NCBI GenBank assembly: GCA_965215015.1
Contig: OZ244042.1
Location: 128,001-192,000 of the forward strand
Length of the DNA stretch: 64,000 nt
Direction of reading: 5' to 3'
Source: Candidatus Poribacteria bacterium
GTDB lineage: Bacteria; Poribacteria; WGA-4E; PCPOR2b
Each line of letters starts with the position of its first letter. Position 1 is the first letter of the stretch. This document shows positions 49,555-59,567 of this stretch, piece by piece. The notes beneath the pieces are model-generated. The model did no database searches, was not told the DNA's origin, and saw nothing but the letters and a program-made list of their open reading frames with translations. Position numbers and translations under genes: made by a program.

Positions 49555-52359
49555 ATGACCCACCGCAAGAAACTTATTGAAGTAGACCTGCCGCTAGACG
49601 ACATCAACCGCGAATCCGCCCGTGAGAAGTCCATCCGGCACGGCCATCCCTCCACATTGCATCTATGGTGGGCACGCCGTCCGTTGGCTGCTTGCCGCGC
49701 GGTCATCTTTGCCAGCATGGTGGACGACCCCTCCCACTGCCCCGATGAGTTCCCCACCGACCACGAGCAACGTGCCGAGCGGGAACGACTCCACCATATC
49801 ATCCGTGATCTCGTCAAATGGGAGAGCACCGACGAGAGCCAACTGGATGTAAAAACACTCCTAGCAAACGCACGCTACGAAATTGCCCGCTCGGTGGCGC
49901 GTTCCCGGGGGGAAACCGCACCCACTGACCCTGTTGAAGTGTTGAAATACCTGCACGACCATACGCTGCCGATATATGACCCCTTCGCCGGTGGGGGTTC
50001 TATCCCCCTCGAAGCACAACGGCTTGGACTGAAGTCCGTTGCTTCAGACCTCAATCCGGTGGCAGTCCTCATCAACAAGGCGTTGATTGAGATACCGCCC
50101 AAGTTTCAGCATCTGCCTCCGGTCAATCCCGAAGCGGACACCCTCGGCATATCTACGGGCAGAGGCAGAAACGCGCGGCGCATCCCCTGGCGCGGTGCGT
50201 CCGGCCTTGCAGACGACATCCGCTACTACGGGGCATGGATGCGTGAGGAGGCGTTTAAGCGGATTGGGCATCTTTACCCGAAGGTGAAACTGGCTGATGG
50301 CAGCGATGCGACTGTGATTGCATGGCTCTGGGCGCGGACGGTCCCCTGTCCCAATCCCGCCTGCGGTGTCGAGCTGCCCCTTCTGAAAACCTTCCAACTC
50401 TCGAAAAAGAGCAACAACGAACACTGGATTAGGCCTGTTGTTGACTATGAGTCGAAGCGGGTATCCTTTGTCGTGCAGGGCCACAGTGGTGGCGTCCCCG
50501 AAGGTGGGACGGTGAACCGCCACGGTGCCGTCTGTATCGCCTGCAACAGCGCGGCTCCGTTGTCTTATGTCCGTGAGCAGGCGAGGGTTGGCAACATGAG
50601 CGAGCAGATGACTGCCATCGTCGCTGAGGGGGATCGCAGGCGGCTCTATGTGTCACCGTCCGACGAACATATCAAGGCCGCAATATCTGCCGAACCTATT
50701 TGGAGGCCAACGCAACCAATAACAAGAACACCAAAAGTCAGTGCGTTGACTTATGGTGCTACCCATTGGCATCAACTTTTCACTGAGCGTCAACTCACTG
50801 CGCTGACCACGTTCAGCGACCTGCTAGAGGAGGTTGACGAATTAGTAACAAAACACGGGGCTGATGAGAAGTACACCAACGCTCTCCGAACCTATCTTAC
50901 TCTCGCAATTGGTAGAGAAGCAGACATGTGCTCTAGTTTTGACAGATGGCACAACTCCGTAGAAGCAGTCACCGGAGTTTTTGGGCGTCAGGCAATTCCG
51001 ATGATTTGGGATTACGTCGAATCCAATCCCTTCTCCAATTCAACGGGAAATTGGATGGCACATATTAAGTGGATTGCAAAGGTTGTCGAGCGATTGCCCG
51101 CAGCTGCGAACAGCGGTGCCGTGCATCAGGCGGATGCCTCCACCACTATCCACGCCCAAGATGGGCCGGTCATCGTCACCGACCCGCCCTACTACAACAA
51201 CATCGACTATGCCGATCTGTCCGATTTCTTCTACGTGTGGCTGCGTCCCCTACTCCGCGATGTTTACCCGGACCTGTTCGCCGGTATTCTGACCCCCAAA
51301 GCTGAGGAGATAACTGCAATCCCCGCCCGATTTGATGATCCCCGGCAGCGATTTGAGGACTTGCTGAACAAAACACTTCAGTTAATACGAGAGCGATGCA
51401 GCCCGGAGTTCCCGTCCTCCATCTTCTACGCCTACAAACAGCAGGAGGAGGAGCGGGATGGTAGAACGTCCACCGGCTGGGAAACGATGCTGAGTGCTAT
51501 CATATCGGCGGGTTTCGAGATAGTCGGCACCTGGCCCATGCGTACTGAATACGCTTTACGATCCAATGTCCAAAGTGGCACCAATGCACTAGCATCGTCT
51601 GTAGTACTGGTCTGTCGCCCCCGTCCCCGTGATGCCTCCGCCGCAACGCGCCGTCAATTTTTCAACGCACTTGACAAAGAACTGCCTGCAGCACTCGACC
51701 AACTGACGCGAGAAGGGCACATCGCACCGACGGATCTGGCGCAAGCCGCTATCGGTCCGGGGATGCAGATTTACTCCCGTTACAGCGGTGTGGAGACTAT
51801 CAGCGGCAAGGCGGTGTCGGTGCGGGAGGCGTTGGCAGCAATCAACCGCGCTATCGCGGATTACGACGAGCGTCAGGAGGGGGATCTGGATTTGGAGAGC
51901 CGGTTCTGTCTCGCCTGGCTCAAGCAGCATGGGTATGCGGAGGGCCCCTACGGTGACGCGGAGACGCTGGCACGCGCCAAGAATGTCACCATCAGGGGGT
52001 TGCAGGACTCTAACGGTCTGCTCACCGCCAAAGGGGGGTGGGTCAAGCTACTGCCGCTCGATGCGTTTTCTGAAAGCGAGGAGTTGCCCCTCGACGCCAC
52101 GACAGCGTGGGCGGGTTGTTTCCGGATGGCATACCACCTGAACCGTGAGGATGGCAGGGGTGTTGAAGGCGCAGCGCATGTCGGCAGGGAGATGAGGGGT
52201 GCTGTTGAATCTATCGAGCGGTTGGCACGCGTTCTCTACAACTACTATGACCGCGCGGGGGATTCCCAGAACGCTGTTATTTTCAATAACCTTGTCACGG
52301 AGTGGGAACAGATTCAGAAGCAGATGACAGCGGACAGACAGATCGACATGCCGATTTAA
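49555..52359 (+). CDS. DUF1156 adenine-specific DNA methylase
   Basis: LHLWWARRPL, DPFAGGGSIPLE (motif I), TDPPY (motif IV), CPNPAC..CIAC zinc ribbon. Confidence 0.92.
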   Translation: MTHRKKLIEVDLPLDDINRESAREKSIRHGHPSTLHLWWARRPLAACRAVIFASMVDDPSHCPDEFPTDHEQRAERERLHHIIRDLVKWESTDESQLDVKTLLANARYEIARSVARSRGETAPTDPVEVLKYLHDHTLPIYDPFAGGGSIPLEAQRLGLKSVASDLNPVAVLINKALIEIPPKFQHLPPVNPEADTLGISTGRGRNARRIPWRGASGLADDIRYYGAWMREEAFKRIGHLYPKVKLADGSDATVIAWLWARTVPCPNPACGVELPLLKTFQLSKKSNNEHWIRPVVDYESKRVSFVVQGHSGGVPEGGTVNRHGAVCIACNSAAPLSYVREQARVGNMSEQMTAIVAEGDRRRLYVSPSDEHIKAAISAEPIWRPTQPITRTPKVSALTYGATHWHQLFTERQLTALTTFSDLLEEVDELVTKHGADEKYTNALRTYLTLAIGREADMCSSFDRWHNSVEAVTGVFGRQAIPMIWDYVESNPFSNSTGNWMAHIKWIAKVVERLPAAANSGAVHQADASTTIHAQDGPVIVTDPPYYNNIDYADLSDFFYVWLRPLLRDVYPDLFAGILTPKAEEITAIPARFDDPRQRFEDLLNKTLQLIRERCSPEFPSSIFYAYKQQEEERDGRTSTGWETMLSAIISAGFEIVGTWPMRTEYALRSNVQSGTNALASSVVLVCRPRPRDASAATRRQFFNALDKELPAALDQLTREGHIAPTDLAQAAIGPGMQIYSRYSGVETISGKAVSVREALAAINRAIADYDERQEGDLDLESRFCLAWLKQHGYAEGPYGDAETLARAKNVTIRGLQDSNGLLTAKGGWVKLLPLDAFSESEELPLDATTAWAGCFRMAYHLNREDGRGVEGAAHVGREMRGAVESIERLARVLYNYYDRAGDSQNAVIFNNLVTEWEQIQKQMTADRQIDMPI

Positions 52360-52558
52360 CCCCCCCTGACCCCCCCGCAAGCAGGGGGAATAACCCCCCT
52401 GACCCCCCGCAAGCAGGGGGAATAGGAGGAAGGGGGCAAGTGGCGGGTAAAGCACCTCCCTAACCCTCCCGCAAACAGGGGGAAACCCGATTCCATACGT
52501 GAGCATGTCCGTCTATCGGCTTGTGCAATTGACGATTACCGTGATGGCTGTCCATTTT

Positions 52559-52677
52559 GAATGGGAACGGATTCAGCAGCAGATGACAGCGGACAGACAG
52601 ATCGACATGCCGATTTACCCCCCCCTGCCCCCCCCGCAAGCAGGGGGGAATAGAAGGAAGGGTGCAAGTGGCGGGTA
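52559..52677 (+). repeat. Duplicate of the DUF1156 3' end plus downstream C/G palindrome
   Basis: Reads EWERIQQQMTADRQIDMPI versus the gene end EWEQIQKQMTADRQIDMPI*. Confidence 0.9.
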
Positions 52678-52909
52678 TGCAAGTTGCTCCCTGATGCTTG
52701 TTTGGATCAGGATTTATAGGGAAGCCGGGCACGTATCGTCCTTATGGGGCTTTGGAGGCCGGGCTAGGAAGCCCGACCTACGAATCGTGGAGCGGGTTGG
52801 GTTTCACGCGAAGATTGAGAGAGGTTCTCATTCTTTAGGCAGTCTCGTTCAACCCAACTTACACGCTAAAGTGCGTAAATCTAATTGTACAGAAAATTGA
52901 TTAACGAAC

Positions 52910-53518
52910 ATGAGAATTGCAGTTTTAGCCTCCGGCAGCGGAACCAATTTGCAGGCACTAATCGATCAGCTCCACCAAGACGAAAAGAGTGGGATTGAAA
53001 TCGCTGTGGTGATTAGTGATCGAAGAAAGGCTTACGCGCTCACCCGTGCCAAGGAAGCGGGTATCCCCACCCACGTGGTGAGGGTTCGAGATTTTCCAGA
53101 TCGAGATGCGTTTGATGCAGAGATTTCAAAAATCCTTGACGAGTGCGAAGTCGAGCTAATTGTTCTAGCAGGTTTTATGAAATTGTTCCAGCCGGCGTTT
53201 GTGCGGAAGTATCGCAACCGTATCATCAATATTCATCCGTCGCTGCTACCCGCATTCCCGGGAGCACACCCTGTCAGAGATACGCTGGCGTATGGCGTTA
53301 AGGTCAGCGGCGTAACCGTTTTTTTTGTCGATGAGGGGGTTGATGCCGGACCTATCATCGCGCAAGTTTCGGTGCCCGTATTTGATGATGATAACGAAGA
53401 AACCCTGCTCAAACGGATTCATATTGAAGAGCATACACTCTATTCGCAGGTTGTTCGGTGGTATGCAGAGGGGGAGATCGAGATTATTGGTAGAAGGGTC
53501 TTGGTAAAGGAGTCGTGA
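52910..53518 (+). CDS. purN: Phosphoribosylglycinamide formyltransferase
   Basis: SGSGTNLQAL, LAGFM, NIHPSLLP, VDAGPII. Confidence 0.96.
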   Translation: MRIAVLASGSGTNLQALIDQLHQDEKSGIEIAVVISDRRKAYALTRAKEAGIPTHVVRVRDFPDRDAFDAEISKILDECEVELIVLAGFMKLFQPAFVRKYRNRIINIHPSLLPAFPGAHPVRDTLAYGVKVSGVTVFFVDEGVDAGPIIAQVSVPVFDDDNEETLLKRIHIEEHTLYSQVVRWYAEGEIEIIGRRVLVKES

Positions 53519-53519
53519 A

Positions 53520-54455
53520 ATGTTAGCGATTTCGACGATGTGGAACGCTTTGAGACAACCCGATGGGACAGCACTACTTGACGAACTCAAGGAACTCGGT
53601 TTTGATGCCATTGAGCTCAGTCGACACCTAACGCGGGAACAGATTGAACAGATTAAGCCCCACCTAGCGACGACGCGAATCTGCTCGATCCACAACTTTT
53701 GCCCCGTCCTACACGGGCTCCCGCAATCGGAGGCGGAGAATGATCCCATTCACTTAGCAAGTCTCGATGAGGAGGCGCGGGACGAAGCTGTTAAACAAAC
53801 GATTCGGACGATGGAGTTGGGAGTCGAGATTGAGGTTCCAATCGTTGTGCTTCACCTGGGTGAGGTGGATACATACGACCGATCCTATCTGATGTATGAT
53901 TTCTACAAATACGGTGAACGAGAATTTGAGGCATTTAGGCCAAAGGTGGAGGAAGCGACCGAGTGGCGTAAACGCAAGGAGGCAAAGCATCAAGACGCCG
54001 TGCTGTTCAGTCTTGATACGTTGAATGAAACGGCTTTGCGGATGGAGATCTACTTGGCGATTGAGAATCGCCCGCGTTACTATCAGATTCCCAATTTTGA
54101 CGAGGTTGGACTGTTTTTGGAGAAGTTCAAGGGAAGCAACATGCGGTATTGGCACGATGTCGGACACGCCATGCTTCAGGAGCGGGTGGGGCTCTGTTGG
54201 TCGCAGCGCTGGCTAGAGGTATACGCAGAGGACCTGATCGGCGTGAACCTACATGATCTCAAAGACCTCGAGGCGTATCACCCGCCGGGGTCTGGGGACC
54301 TTGACTTCGAGCAGATTTTGGCGCAGGTTCCACAGGATATGCTAACCGTTTTGGAGGTCCGAGATTCGCCAGCAGAACAACTTGTTGAGGTGACGGAAGA
54401 GTGGCAACTATGGCGGAAACCCAAAACACAGGTTGAAGAAGGCAGGCGCACCTAG
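53520..54455 (+). CDS. Sugar phosphate isomerase/epimerase (xylose isomerase-like TIM barrel)
   Basis: IHN, VLH, IENR, HDVGH, LHD, H.PPGSG. Confidence 0.85.
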   Translation: MLAISTMWNALRQPDGTALLDELKELGFDAIELSRHLTREQIEQIKPHLATTRICSIHNFCPVLHGLPQSEAENDPIHLASLDEEARDEAVKQTIRTMELGVEIEVPIVVLHLGEVDTYDRSYLMYDFYKYGEREFEAFRPKVEEATEWRKRKEAKHQDAVLFSLDTLNETALRMEIYLAIENRPRYYQIPNFDEVGLFLEKFKGSNMRYWHDVGHAMLQERVGLCWSQRWLEVYAEDLIGVNLHDLKDLEAYHPPGSGDLDFEQILAQVPQDMLTVLEVRDSPAEQLVEVTEEWQLWRKPKTQVEEGRRT

Positions 54456-55033
54456 GGATATACAATAACCCGTTTGTAGTAGGGCAATTCATTGCCCGTA
54501 GGGGTTCTTGTAATAGGGACATACAATTAAGATGAGCGAGGGTAACTCAGCGACAGGCAGTTAGACCAACACCCGTTTGTAGTAGCGCAATTTATTGCCC
54601 GTAGGGGGTCTTGTAATTCGGCAACATGTGGTTATCCCAAAACACCAATATAGTGGAAACCCAAAACACACACCCGTTTGTAGTAGGGCAATTCATTGCC
54701 CGTAGGGGGTCTTGTAATAGGGATATACAATTAAGATGAGCGAGGGTAACTCAGCGACATGCAGTTATACCAACACCCGTTTGTAGTAGCGCAATTCATT
54801 GCGCGTCGAGGTTCTTGTAATTCGGCAACATGTGGTTATCCCAAAACACCAATATGGCGGAAACCCAAAACACAGGTTGAACAAGGCAGGCACACCTAAG
54901 GGATATACAATTAAGATGAGCGAGGGTAACTCAGCGACAGGCAGTTAGACCAACACCCGTTTGTAGTAGCGCAATTCATTGCCCGTAGGGGTTATTGTAA
55001 TTTGGCAACATGTGGTTATCCCAACACACCAAC
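54409..55033 (+). repeat. BIME-like mosaic: 5 REP units with alternating spacers and a copy of the upstream gene end
   Basis: REP GTAG starts at 54476, 54579, 54680, 54783 and 54963. Confidence 0.93.
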
Positions 55034-55306
55034 TTGGGGGCAAATCACGCCACAACGCCTGTAACGAAACGGTTTATGGATTGGCATCGTTGATGCATAT
55101 AGACATCATCAATCTATTCTGAGTGGTTCATTACAAGTTCGGTATACGGTTAGACGGGAGAGCGAGATTCTCCGACGACCGGAGCAATACCTTGCTGGGT
55201 GACCTAAAAAAACTGATCCCTGATGCAATCTTACAGTTATATAAACCCAAACCTCCCACCCCAAGCCGAATTGAAAAACAGATTTCTACGCTAAGGAGAA
55301 TTCATC

Positions 55307-56572
55307 ATGGATAGACTCATCATCAACGGTGGTAAGCAGCTCGAAGGTACAATTTCAGTCAGTGGCTCTAAAAACGCAACGCTTCCCATCGCTGTTGCAG
55401 CCGCAATTCTGGGGGATGGCTCCAGTGTTATTCACAATGTTCCTAATTTGAGAGATATTGATAGCCTATGTGCAGTACTTGAGGAGCTCGGGGCAACGAC
55501 GAAGTTAGAGAATTCAACGCTCTATATTGAACCGGGGAACCGAATCGCTTACGAAGCCCCCTACGACCTCGTCCGAAAAATGCGAGCATCAATTTATGTG
55601 CTGGGGCCCCTCGTTGCACGTTTAGGTATGGCAAAAGTTTCTTTTCCCGGCGGCTGTGCCATTGGGCCGCGGCCGGTAGACCTACACTTGAAAGGGTTGC
55701 AACAACTTGGGGCTGAGGTTGAAATTGATAGTGGCTATATCATAGCACGGACGAATGGGTTGGTTGGCGCAGAGATCTATCTGAGAGGACCGCACGGCTC
55801 AAGCGTCGGTGCAACCGCAAACGTCATGATGGCTGCAACCCTAGCAGAAGGTACAACCACTATTCGTGGGGCAGCCTCTGAGCCGGAGGTCGCTGACCTA
55901 GCGAATTTCCTTAACGCAATGGGGGCGGATATCGAGGGGATTGGCACCGCCACCTTGACGATACACGGCGTTAAACAGCTGCGCGGCACGGAATATACTG
56001 TTATTCCAGATCGTATCGAAGCAGGGACATTTATGGTTGCTGGGGCGATTACGAAGGGGGACGTTTTTGTGAAAGATGCCCCCGCTCAACACCTTGGGGC
56101 TACCTCCGAAAAATTGACAGAGGCGGGTGTTCAATTGGATTGGACCGATGACGGGGTCCGCGTGAGAACATCACGAGAACTCCAAGCGGTTGATATCGCC
56201 ACTGATACATATCCGGGGTTCCCCACGGATATGCAGGCGCAGATGATGGGACTCCTCACTATCACGCCCGGCATTAGCACTATTACGGAAGGCATTTACT
56301 TAGATCGCTTCATGCACGCGAGCGAACTCAATCGAATGGGGGCAGATATTCGTGTCGAGGGAAACCGAGCGGTGGTGCGGGGTAAGTATAGACTCAGTGG
56401 TGCACCTGTCATGGCATCAGACCTCCGCGCGGGGGCAGTACTTGTTCTTGCAGGCATGGCGGCAGTAGGCGAAACAGTCGTCTCCCGTATCTATCATATC
56501 GATCGGGGGTACGAAGGCATTGAAGAGAAACTGGCGGGTATTGGCGCGGATATTACCCGAGTGAGAGCCTAA
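55307..56572 (+). CDS. murA: UDP-N-acetylglucosamine 1-carboxyvinyltransferase
   Basis: SKNA, PGGCAIGPRP, PDRIEAGT, FPTDMQ, DLRAG, IDRGY. Confidence 0.97.
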   Translation: MDRLIINGGKQLEGTISVSGSKNATLPIAVAAAILGDGSSVIHNVPNLRDIDSLCAVLEELGATTKLENSTLYIEPGNRIAYEAPYDLVRKMRASIYVLGPLVARLGMAKVSFPGGCAIGPRPVDLHLKGLQQLGAEVEIDSGYIIARTNGLVGAEIYLRGPHGSSVGATANVMMAATLAEGTTTIRGAASEPEVADLANFLNAMGADIEGIGTATLTIHGVKQLRGTEYTVIPDRIEAGTFMVAGAITKGDVFVKDAPAQHLGATSEKLTEAGVQLDWTDDGVRVRTSRELQAVDIATDTYPGFPTDMQAQMMGLLTITPGISTITEGIYLDRFMHASELNRMGADIRVEGNRAVVRGKYRLSGAPVMASDLRAGAVLVLAGMAAVGETVVSRIYHIDRGYEGIEEKLAGIGADITRVRA

Positions 56573-56588
56573 AAAGTTCATACAAACT

Positions 56589-57911
56589 TTGGCAAGAAAC
56601 GAGGAAGTCTTTGTGATCACCATTCTTGATGCCCATTCGGACGAAGCGGCAGCTTTCATCGAAAAACTGAATCTGCGTGGAGGGTTAGAAGATCCAAATA
56701 TTCTGAGGACCGTCCGTAAGACTTTGCAAGATGTCCAAAGAGATGGTGACAGAGCTGTCATTAAATATACGCGCAAGCTTGACGCTCCGCAAATCTCTGT
56801 CAAAGAGATGCGAGTCACAGACACAGAGATTAATGACGCCTCCACCCAGGTCGATTCAGAATTTCACGAGGCGATCCAGCTGGCGCGGACGAACATTGAA
56901 CGGTTTCATCAGAAGCAGCTAAGGAATTCATGGCTGTCCACCGAAGCAGATGGCGTTGTTTTAGGACATCTCATCCGTCCGCTGAGGCGTGTCGGTGTAT
57001 GTGTTCCAGCCGTGAGTCAGTTACTGGTCTCTTCCCTAATGATGAATGTCATTCCTGCGAAGGTTGCGGGCGTTGAGGAGATTGCGGTCTTCATGGGACC
57101 GATGCCAAATCGGAAGATTGACCCCCATATGCTTGCCGCTGCGACAGCGTGTGGCATCCGTGAGATTTACAAGTGTGGCGGTGCACAAGCGGTCGGGGCG
57201 ATGGCTTATGGAACGGATACCATCCCGAAAGTGGATAAAATCGTCGGTCCGGGCAATCTCTATGTCCAGCTGGCAAAGCGAGAGGTTTACGGGCCCGTCG
57301 ATATCGACAAACTAGCGGGACCAAGCGAAGTCCTTATTATCGCTGATCACACAGCAAATCCCGCCTACATTGCAGCAGACCTTATCTCGCAGGCAGAACA
57401 CAGCGCGGAATGTTCCGCCATTCTTACCACAACGTCTAGAGAAATTGCAGAACAAGTTTGTGCAGAGATTGAGCGACAGGCGCAAAGATTGCCTCGCCAG
57501 TCCGAGCTGACCGGTGCTTTTGAAAACTATGGTGTAGCGTTCGTCGTCGCGGATTTAGCCGAAGCGGTAGAGATTGCCAATGCAATCGCACCCGAACATG
57601 TCGAGTTGGAGATAGAAAACCCAATCGAATGGGTCGGTGCAATCCGTAATGCAGGAGCGATTATGCTGGGACCCTACACCCCCGAATCTGTCGGCGACTA
57701 CATCGCCGGTCCCAATCACATCCTACCTACGGGTGGAGCCGCAAGATACGCATCGCCGTTGAGTGTCGATGATTTCTTAAAAAAAACAAGTATTATCTCC
57801 TACACCAAAACCGCGTTAGAAAAGGTCACGCCGGCTGTCGTCAAACTCGCTCAAGTGGAGGGGCTTCAAGGACATGCGGAAGCGATGAAGATTCGCTCCG
57901 ATAAGTATTAG
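56589..57911 (+). CDS. hisD: Histidinol dehydrogenase
   Basis: GGAQA, GPGN, AGPSE, SQAEH, APEH, GDYIAGPNHILPT. Confidence 0.93.
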   Translation: MARNEEVFVITILDAHSDEAAAFIEKLNLRGGLEDPNILRTVRKTLQDVQRDGDRAVIKYTRKLDAPQISVKEMRVTDTEINDASTQVDSEFHEAIQLARTNIERFHQKQLRNSWLSTEADGVVLGHLIRPLRRVGVCVPAVSQLLVSSLMMNVIPAKVAGVEEIAVFMGPMPNRKIDPHMLAAATACGIREIYKCGGAQAVGAMAYGTDTIPKVDKIVGPGNLYVQLAKREVYGPVDIDKLAGPSEVLIIADHTANPAYIAADLISQAEHSAECSAILTTTSREIAEQVCAEIERQAQRLPRQSELTGAFENYGVAFVVADLAEAVEIANAIAPEHVELEIENPIEWVGAIRNAGAIMLGPYTPESVGDYIAGPNHILPTGGAARYASPLSVDDFLKKTSIISYTKTALEKVTPAVVKLAQVEGLQGHAEAMKIRSDKY

Positions 57912-57923
57912 AACAGCCCCGAG

Positions 57924-58020
57924 ATCAAACACCTATGATTGGAAAGAGGGGAGGCAGTTCGTAGTAGCGCAATTCATTGCGCGTAACACCATCAAACACC
58001 AACGATTGGAAAGAGGGGAG
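57924..58020 (+). repeat. REP (57961-57984) flanked by a 30-bp imperfect direct repeat
   Basis: ATCAAACACC(TAT/AAC)GATTGGAAAGAGGGGAG at 57924 and 57991. Confidence 0.88.
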
Positions 58021-58087
58021 AGAAACTTCCAACCTTCTGTCCCTTCAATTCCATGTTTACCATTTTACGCAAAGGAGATTCGCCCCT

Positions 58088-58813
58088 ATGGCACCCCTCT
58101 GGTTTGTCTGTGCAACAATCTACACCGGTGCCCTTGCTTTCGCTGGCACGGAATCGCACCGACCTAATTCTAAAGTGCATGACCTACCCGTCACAACCTT
58201 TTCAATCGTTGCGCGGGACCCGGAGAATGGCGACCTTGGAGTTGCCGTTCAGTCCAAGTTTTTCGCCGTTGGAGCGGTTGTCCCTTGGGCAAAGGCAGGT
58301 GTCGGTGCTGTTGCGACCCAATCGTGGACAAATACAACCTATGGGTCAAAAGGCTTGGAACTGCTGGAAAATGGACACTCCGCCCAACAAGCGTTGGAGC
58401 AGCTAATTGCCGGCGATGATGGAAAAGCGCAACGTCAGGTCGGCATTGTTGATGCGAGAGGCAACGTCGCTAACTATACCGGCGATGAATGTATGGAATG
58501 GGCAGGGGCACGGCACGGAGAAAATTACACGGCGCAAGGCAACCTTCTGACAAGTGAAGCAGTCGTCGAGGCGATGGGAGAGGCGTTTGAGAAAACAGAG
58601 GAAGAACTGGCGAAGAAACTAATGGCGGCACTCATTGCAGGGCAGGAAAAGGGCGGTGATCGACGCGGACAGCAGGCAGCAGCGTTGCTTGTCGTGCGTG
58701 AAAATGGTGGAGAGGGCGGTTTTAATGATCGGTATATCGATTTACGGGTTGATGACCATAAGCAGCCAATTAAAGAACTGCGTCGGCTGCTGAAGATACG
58801 GTTGCGGATATAG
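58088..58813 (+). CDS. DUF1028 (Ntn-hydrolase-like) exported protein
   Basis: TFSIVARD..GVAVQSKF..ATQS..QGN..GGDRRG..DLRVDDH. Confidence 0.9.
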   Translation: MAPLWFVCATIYTGALAFAGTESHRPNSKVHDLPVTTFSIVARDPENGDLGVAVQSKFFAVGAVVPWAKAGVGAVATQSWTNTTYGSKGLELLENGHSAQQALEQLIAGDDGKAQRQVGIVDARGNVANYTGDECMEWAGARHGENYTAQGNLLTSEAVVEAMGEAFEKTEEELAKKLMAALIAGQEKGGDRRGQQAAALLVVRENGGEGGFNDRYIDLRVDDHKQPIKELRRLLKIRLRI

Positions 58814-58829
58814 TCAAGCCATTGTCAAT

Positions 58830-59495
58830 ATGCGCCAATTTTTTCAGATGATTCTCCAAATGAAAACAGTACTACCTCCTGCAGCTTTCGCACGAATTGA
58901 CGAAACCGATGATCGCCTGTTTTACTCAGAACCCCGTATCGTCGCACATATTGATGACAACGCAATTGCCGCAATCAAGGAATTTTTCGATCAAACCTTG
59001 CCGAGAAATGCCGCCATATTAGACCTGATGAGCAGTGCCTTCTCCCACCTTCCCGAAGAATTTCCCGCTCAACGTATCGTCGGACTAGGCTTGAACGCGG
59101 TAGAGCTCCAAGCCAACCCTGTCCTTGACGAATACGTAGTTCATGACCTCAATGCCAATCCAAGCCTCCCTTTTCACGATGGGGAATTTGCAGCGGTAAT
59201 CATGACTGTTTCGATGCAGTACCTGACAAAGCCGGTCAAGATTTTTCGTGAGGTCCATCGTATTCTTCGGTCAGATGGTCCGTTCATCGTCATTTTCTCC
59301 AATCGTTTGTTCCCAACGAAAGCGGTGTGCATCTGGCGTGTAACCTCTGACGCTGAGCACGCCGAATTGGTGCACCACTACTTCTGTGTGGCGGGCGGCT
59401 ATGCGGAAATCACCTTTTTGGATTCTACTCCCCGGACCGATGGATACACGGATCCGGTGTATGTCGTTATGGCGAAAAAATGTGAGGCACCTTAG
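58830..59495 (+). CDS. SAM-dependent methyltransferase (type 11-like)
   Basis: DETDDRLFY..PR..HIDD, LDLMSS, FSNRLFPTKAV. Confidence 0.85.
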   Translation: MRQFFQMILQMKTVLPPAAFARIDETDDRLFYSEPRIVAHIDDNAIAAIKEFFDQTLPRNAAILDLMSSAFSHLPEEFPAQRIVGLGLNAVELQANPVLDEYVVHDLNANPSLPFHDGEFAAVIMTVSMQYLTKPVKIFREVHRILRSDGPFIVIFSNRLFPTKAVCIWRVTSDAEHAELVHHYFCVAGGYAEITFLDSTPRTDGYTDPVYVVMAKKCEAP

Positions 59496-59567
59496 ATGTG
59501 CCAAACAACTGAAATCTTGCACATTTGATAATCTGACAAAACTACAACGAAAGGAAAATTTTGAACC

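Noticed and set aside
52499-52900. 133-aa ORF after DUF1156
   Set aside because: Made of the duplicated gene end and repeat elements.
54468-55000. CRISPR array (palindromic repeat with ~55-bp spacers)
   Set aside because: The spacers repeat in alternation, the repeat is a dispersed REP, and no cas genes are present.
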